NCBI RefSeq assembly: GCF_964355755.1
Contig: NC_092679.1
Location: forward strand, 16,847,432-16,911,431
From: Antedon mediterranea
Lineage: Eukaryota; Animalia; Echinodermata
Direction: 5' to 3'
DNA length: 64,000 nt
In this document: positions 60,101 to 64,000 of the stretch, piece by piece
Position numbering within the stretch: position 1 is the stretch's first letter
How the letters are laid out: each line of letters opens with the position of its first letter
The notes under the pieces: generated by a model
What the model saw: the letters and a program-made list of their open reading frames with translations, nothing else
Told to the model about the DNA's origin: nothing
Databases searched by the model: none
Program-made: the position numbers and the translations under genes

Positions 60101-63100
60101 TGGCGAATTTGGCTTTCCATAAGGCAGATGAAATGCATTTACATCATAATGCAAATTGATCAATAATGCAATTTGAATACTAATATTATGGTATTGTGAC
60201 ATTTATTTCTCATTTATATTTATTTTGTTTTGGTATAAAAAAACATATATATATATATATACAAAAAACAGCAGAAGCTGAAAGTATTGCATTTACAAAA
60301 ATACTGATTAAGAAGTACACAAAACATCAAACATTAACATAAGAGGCAACCCTGGTTTAATATTAAAACATTAGGTAATAACAATTTATATTTACCTGTT
60401 AATATTTTATAGAGAACGTTACCAGGAGCTCGCATCAGTGGTGGACTGTCTAACTTGTCATTTTCATTCCGTGGAATGGAAGTTGTACGTGAAGCCATGC
60501 ATAGTGTGTTCCTATTCCACGCTATTAAGGTAAATTGTGGCAATTATAGCTCTAATTGCCAGTGAATATTATACAGATATTGCCTGCTTAGAGGTTAAAT
60601 ATAAGATTTTACATCCCCGAAGCGCTGAGGGAAATATATTTCCTCCAACAAAATAATCATTCCCAAGGGGTTGTCAAATCTTATATTTTACTGATATAAA
60701 AGGCGATATCTATTATATTACATAGCCAACAACAAGTTGAATATCTACTGCTGGGTCGGGTATAGCTAGCCCTCCTTTGTAATAAGCCTGCCTAGTTAGG
60801 CGTTGCATTCACCTTACCTTGGGAAGAATAATATACAGATAATTACTAATTAAACAATGGAATATCTAAAATAACATCAATTTTTATTTGTTGTGAAAAT
60901 GTTGGGCTTTACATTATAAATATATAAATTCAATTCAGTATTCATTTCCTTGTATCTCTGCTAATATACAATAAAATATGTACAATTTACTATTTAAAAA
61001 AAAGATATAAATATATAACCACCTTTTCTAGTATGTTAAAATGTAGTGTTGATAATATCTTTAGGCTGGTATGGATATGGGCATTGTCAATGCAGGTAAT
61101 TTACCAGTGTATGATGATATCAATCCAACGTTACTCCAACTCTGTGAAAGCCTTATATGGAACAAGGACCCAGATGGCACAGAGAAACTACTAGCCTACG
61201 CACAAGTAAGTTAAAATGCACTTATCACCAGTTTTACTTTACTGGTCATGGGTAATGACATGGCTTATTGTGGTGTGGTGATTATGTTTTGTTTTGTAAA
61301 CCCACTTGATTTTGTTCGTATTTGGGAATCCTGTCTCTCTCTCTATTGTTTATTTTTTGTTATATGTGAGACGAAATAAATGAAATGAAATGTAATTTTC
61401 ATCTATGTACATCAGTACAAAGGTGAAATAAAGTATATTGAATGTTTGCACATTTCCACAGTGTTATAATACTGTATGTGTAATACAGTAGAAATACCCA
61501 ACAAATTGTTTGCTTAAAAATGGGTTCTAATGTAAAGCTCTGTCTACATTATCAAAATAGTTTGACAAAAAAAGTGTGATCTGCTCAAATATGGTAGTGG
61601 TATGCCTAAATATGGTAATTATATGACATCATCATTTCCATTTTAGGGCAAATTTTTAGTCGCATAAAGTTTGATAGTGTAGACAGAGCTTAATATATTA
61701 TAATACAGATAAGAAAGGCCTTTTTGTGGATCAAATCACTCAGAGCCTTGATAAAGATATGTGTTTAAAATATAGAATTGTAGTAAAATAACAAACATTT
61801 TTATTTCAGACTTTAGGAAAGGGAGCCAAAAAAGTGGTTGAAGACAATGAATGGAGAAATATGCCAGTAGAGAATAGATTAGAACATGCATTAGTCAAGG
61901 TAATTTAACCACACCAACTCATTTTAGCCATATATATATATATATATATTATCTATCATAAAATAGTCTATGATTCTGTATGTCTACAGTACACATCCTT
62001 ACGAAATTACTTGTACACTTATTATTATTATAATATATATTATACTTACTGTATATATTGTCCCCCTGAATATGCAATTTTCATGCCACATAATAGTTAT
62101 CCACTTTGACCAAAAATTGGATTTAAACAAAATTGATTTACCTGAAAAAACTGGAATTTTTTAAAGCAAAAAAAAAGTTAAAATTGCCTGCGAGCCAATG
62201 GATTTTTGGTCGAATTTAACCATTATGTTATTTTATAAGTGTTTTTTTTTCTACTAGGGGAGTGATTAATTTTATTAAAACTACAAGTAACCAAAGTCTG
62301 ATTTAATTAATCTCCATTTTTCATGTTTTTGAGGGACAAAACATCTTTTTTATCTTGCAGGGAATTGACAAATATGTTGTTGAGGACACTGAAGAAGCGC
62401 GTTTTGATAAGACCAAATACCCGCGACCATTAAATGTCATTGAGGGTCCACTGATGAAGGTCAGGCATAAATTTAATTACATTACTTTTTCAGTTCCTTC
62501 TTTGGGACACCCCTATTTAGAGGAAACATCTATTAAAGGGACACTTTCCTGTGAAATAAGCTAGGGGAAATATAATTTTAAGACTATGACCAATCCCTAT
62601 GAATGGGATACTTTAGTGGTTGTTCCTTTAATAGTAGTGGTACTGTATTCATAATATATTTCATCAAAATGCCTATCCGATAAAGCTTTGCTTTCACTAA
62701 GACACAAAGTAAATACATATATGTAATGCATTAACCAATCACAGTGAAGGATCATCCTTTTTTCATTTCTTATTGGTCAAATTATTTTGTAGTTTTGTAG
62801 TGGCACCCAAGCTTTTGATGTGAACAGCTATGTGTGTGTGTGTGTATATAACCATTAAATGGTCTATTGTATGAAGGTTAGCATGGAGAAATCAATATGA
62901 GTTTTTGGTACACCACAGCTCTGAAAAGAACTGATTGAGTTTTTCGATGTTTTGATCAATGTACTTCATATAACATTGTCATCGTTCATCCTCCTCTTAA
63001 CTGATTTTTGTTGGCATTGTAATCAATATTTTCACAATTTTTTAGGGGATGAGTATAGTAGGAGATTTGTTTGGGGCGGGTAAGATGTTTTTACCGCAAG

Positions 63101-63878
63101 TTATCAAGTCTGCAAGAGTAATGAAAAAGGCTGTTGGTTATCTTATACCATATATGGAGAAAGAAAAGCAAGAGATGTTAAAAAACCAAGAAGGCGGTGA
63201 AGAAAGATCACTAGAGGTATTTGTTCAATAATTAGATACGATTGTATTTATTGTCATTTTACAACAAGTTTAAATAAAATGTAAAAAAGTAAATTTAAAA
63301 TGATGTTTATTGGAATACTACTGGAGCCAATAACTGTATACATAGACAACGGACTCATTAGGTGTCATTATTTATACTCGGCTAATTTGCATATCCATTA
63401 GGTTTATCATTCTGTTGTTTATGCAGGTGTTTCACCAAATGCTGACATACTTTGTACCAAATATTAGATTAAATTTAGTGCAGCTGTAGCTTGGTGGTTA
63501 ACGTGCCTTCCAATCCCAGGGTCCAGGGTACAATCCTGACTTAGTGCCAGGGTTGTGAGACCAAGTTTATAAGCACGATAAGTTATAAAATAGGTTATCA
63601 ATCCTGTAATTGGCGATTTGCTCGCTGTTGGATGCGTATGAATTAAAAAAAATAATAATAACAAAAAAAGCCACCCAACCAAATTATTGGTATATTTATT
63701 TTCTTGCAGGATTTAAACAATGGGACTATTGTTATTGCCACTGTGAAAGGCGATGTACATGACATAGGAAAGAATATTGTTGGTGTGGTCTTAGGTTGTA
63801 ATAATTACAAGGTCATTGACCTAGGGGTCATGACCCCTTGTGATAAGATCCTGAAGACTGCAGTAGAGATGAAAGCAG
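51127..63878 (+). CDS. MTR: Cobalamin-dependent methionine synthase, 5' part (continues beyond window)
   Basis: Sixteen in-frame exons: 51127-51330, 52270-52359, 52601-52763, 53865-54031, 56282-56477, 57566-57775, 57931-58043, 58280-58420, 59055-59240, 59591-59770, 60413-60529, 61065-61205, 61810-61899, 62361-62459, 63046-63216, 63710-63878. Motifs [20 protein letters not shown] (zinc), [11 protein letters not shown] (pterin domain), [27 protein letters not shown] (B12-binding DxHxxG). Confidence 0.97.
52855..53167 (+). mobile_element. tRNA-derived SINE with Deu/Nin-like central domain
   Basis: A box TGGCCGAGCGG, B box GGTTCAAGGC, central CTTCTCGGATAAGGACTATAAACCGTAGGTCC...TTAAAGAACC...GAGTAGGGG, (TCAA)n tail. 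Decayed copies at about 3795-3930 and 53185-53300. The domain assignment is from memory of the consensus. Confidence 0.7.
55780..56165 (+). mobile_element. tRNA-derived SINE with internal 29-bp tandem amplification (7 copies)
   Basis: Head TTGGTGGTTAACATGCTTGCCTTCCAATCC..GGTTCAATCC, unit GTTCAATCCTGACCTAACGTAGTGCCAGG, (ATA)n tail. Unamplified sibling at 63483-63660. Confidence 0.75.
56658..57468. repeat. 12-bp minisatellite (TATATCATGCAG / TATATTGTGCAG) with a higher-order duplication of about 213 bp
   Basis: Alternating 12-mers; the distinctive block TATACCATCATGGAGTACAG occurs twice, about 213 bp apart. Lies in MTR intron 5. Confidence 0.93.
59825..60121. mobile_element. MITE-like element with about 24-bp TIR
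   Basis: TATGGAAAGCCAAATCTGCCAAAA / TTTTGGCGAATTTGGCTTTCCATA. Confidence 0.55.
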
Positions 63879-64000
63879 GTAGGTAATAAGTAGATGTATA
63901 TATTTGCCAGTAATATTAGTTCCTGGAACTAGAAAGATTTGAGTGGTACAGCATCCCACAATACAATGCACTTATATGTATCCCACAATACAACTCACTT

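Overview
AT-rich, intron-rich animal genomic DNA (invertebrate by inference; species not identifiable from sequence alone). It holds three spliced host genes reconstructed exon by exon: TBCB (minus strand, 6 coding exons, 247 aa), a striatin-family gene (plus strand, 17 coding exons, about 796 aa) and the 5' part of cobalamin-dependent methionine synthase MTR (plus strand, 16 coding exons, running off the window). Between TBCB and striatin lie two arrays of a 97-bp satellite in opposite orientation. Striatin intron 5 carries an apparently intact, young DIRS1-like tyrosine-recombinase retrotransposon nested in a non-autonomous DNA transposon, and intron 13 carries a 5'-truncated Rex1/Babar-like LINE. 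Many MITEs and SINEs are present. Main observations: (1) the single DIRS gag UGA separates gag from the in-frame recombinase ORF, abuts the AUG-less RT ORF in the +1 frame and precedes a predicted pseudoknot, suggesting a three-way recoding switch; (2) three 30-43 bp CA...TG palindromes flanked by 7-8 bp direct repeats resemble P-element excision footprints; (3) the reconstructed DIRS target site is a perfect 16-bp palindrome; (4) a Penelope-type minimal hammerhead ribozyme motif. All coordinates were read by eye and no searches were run.
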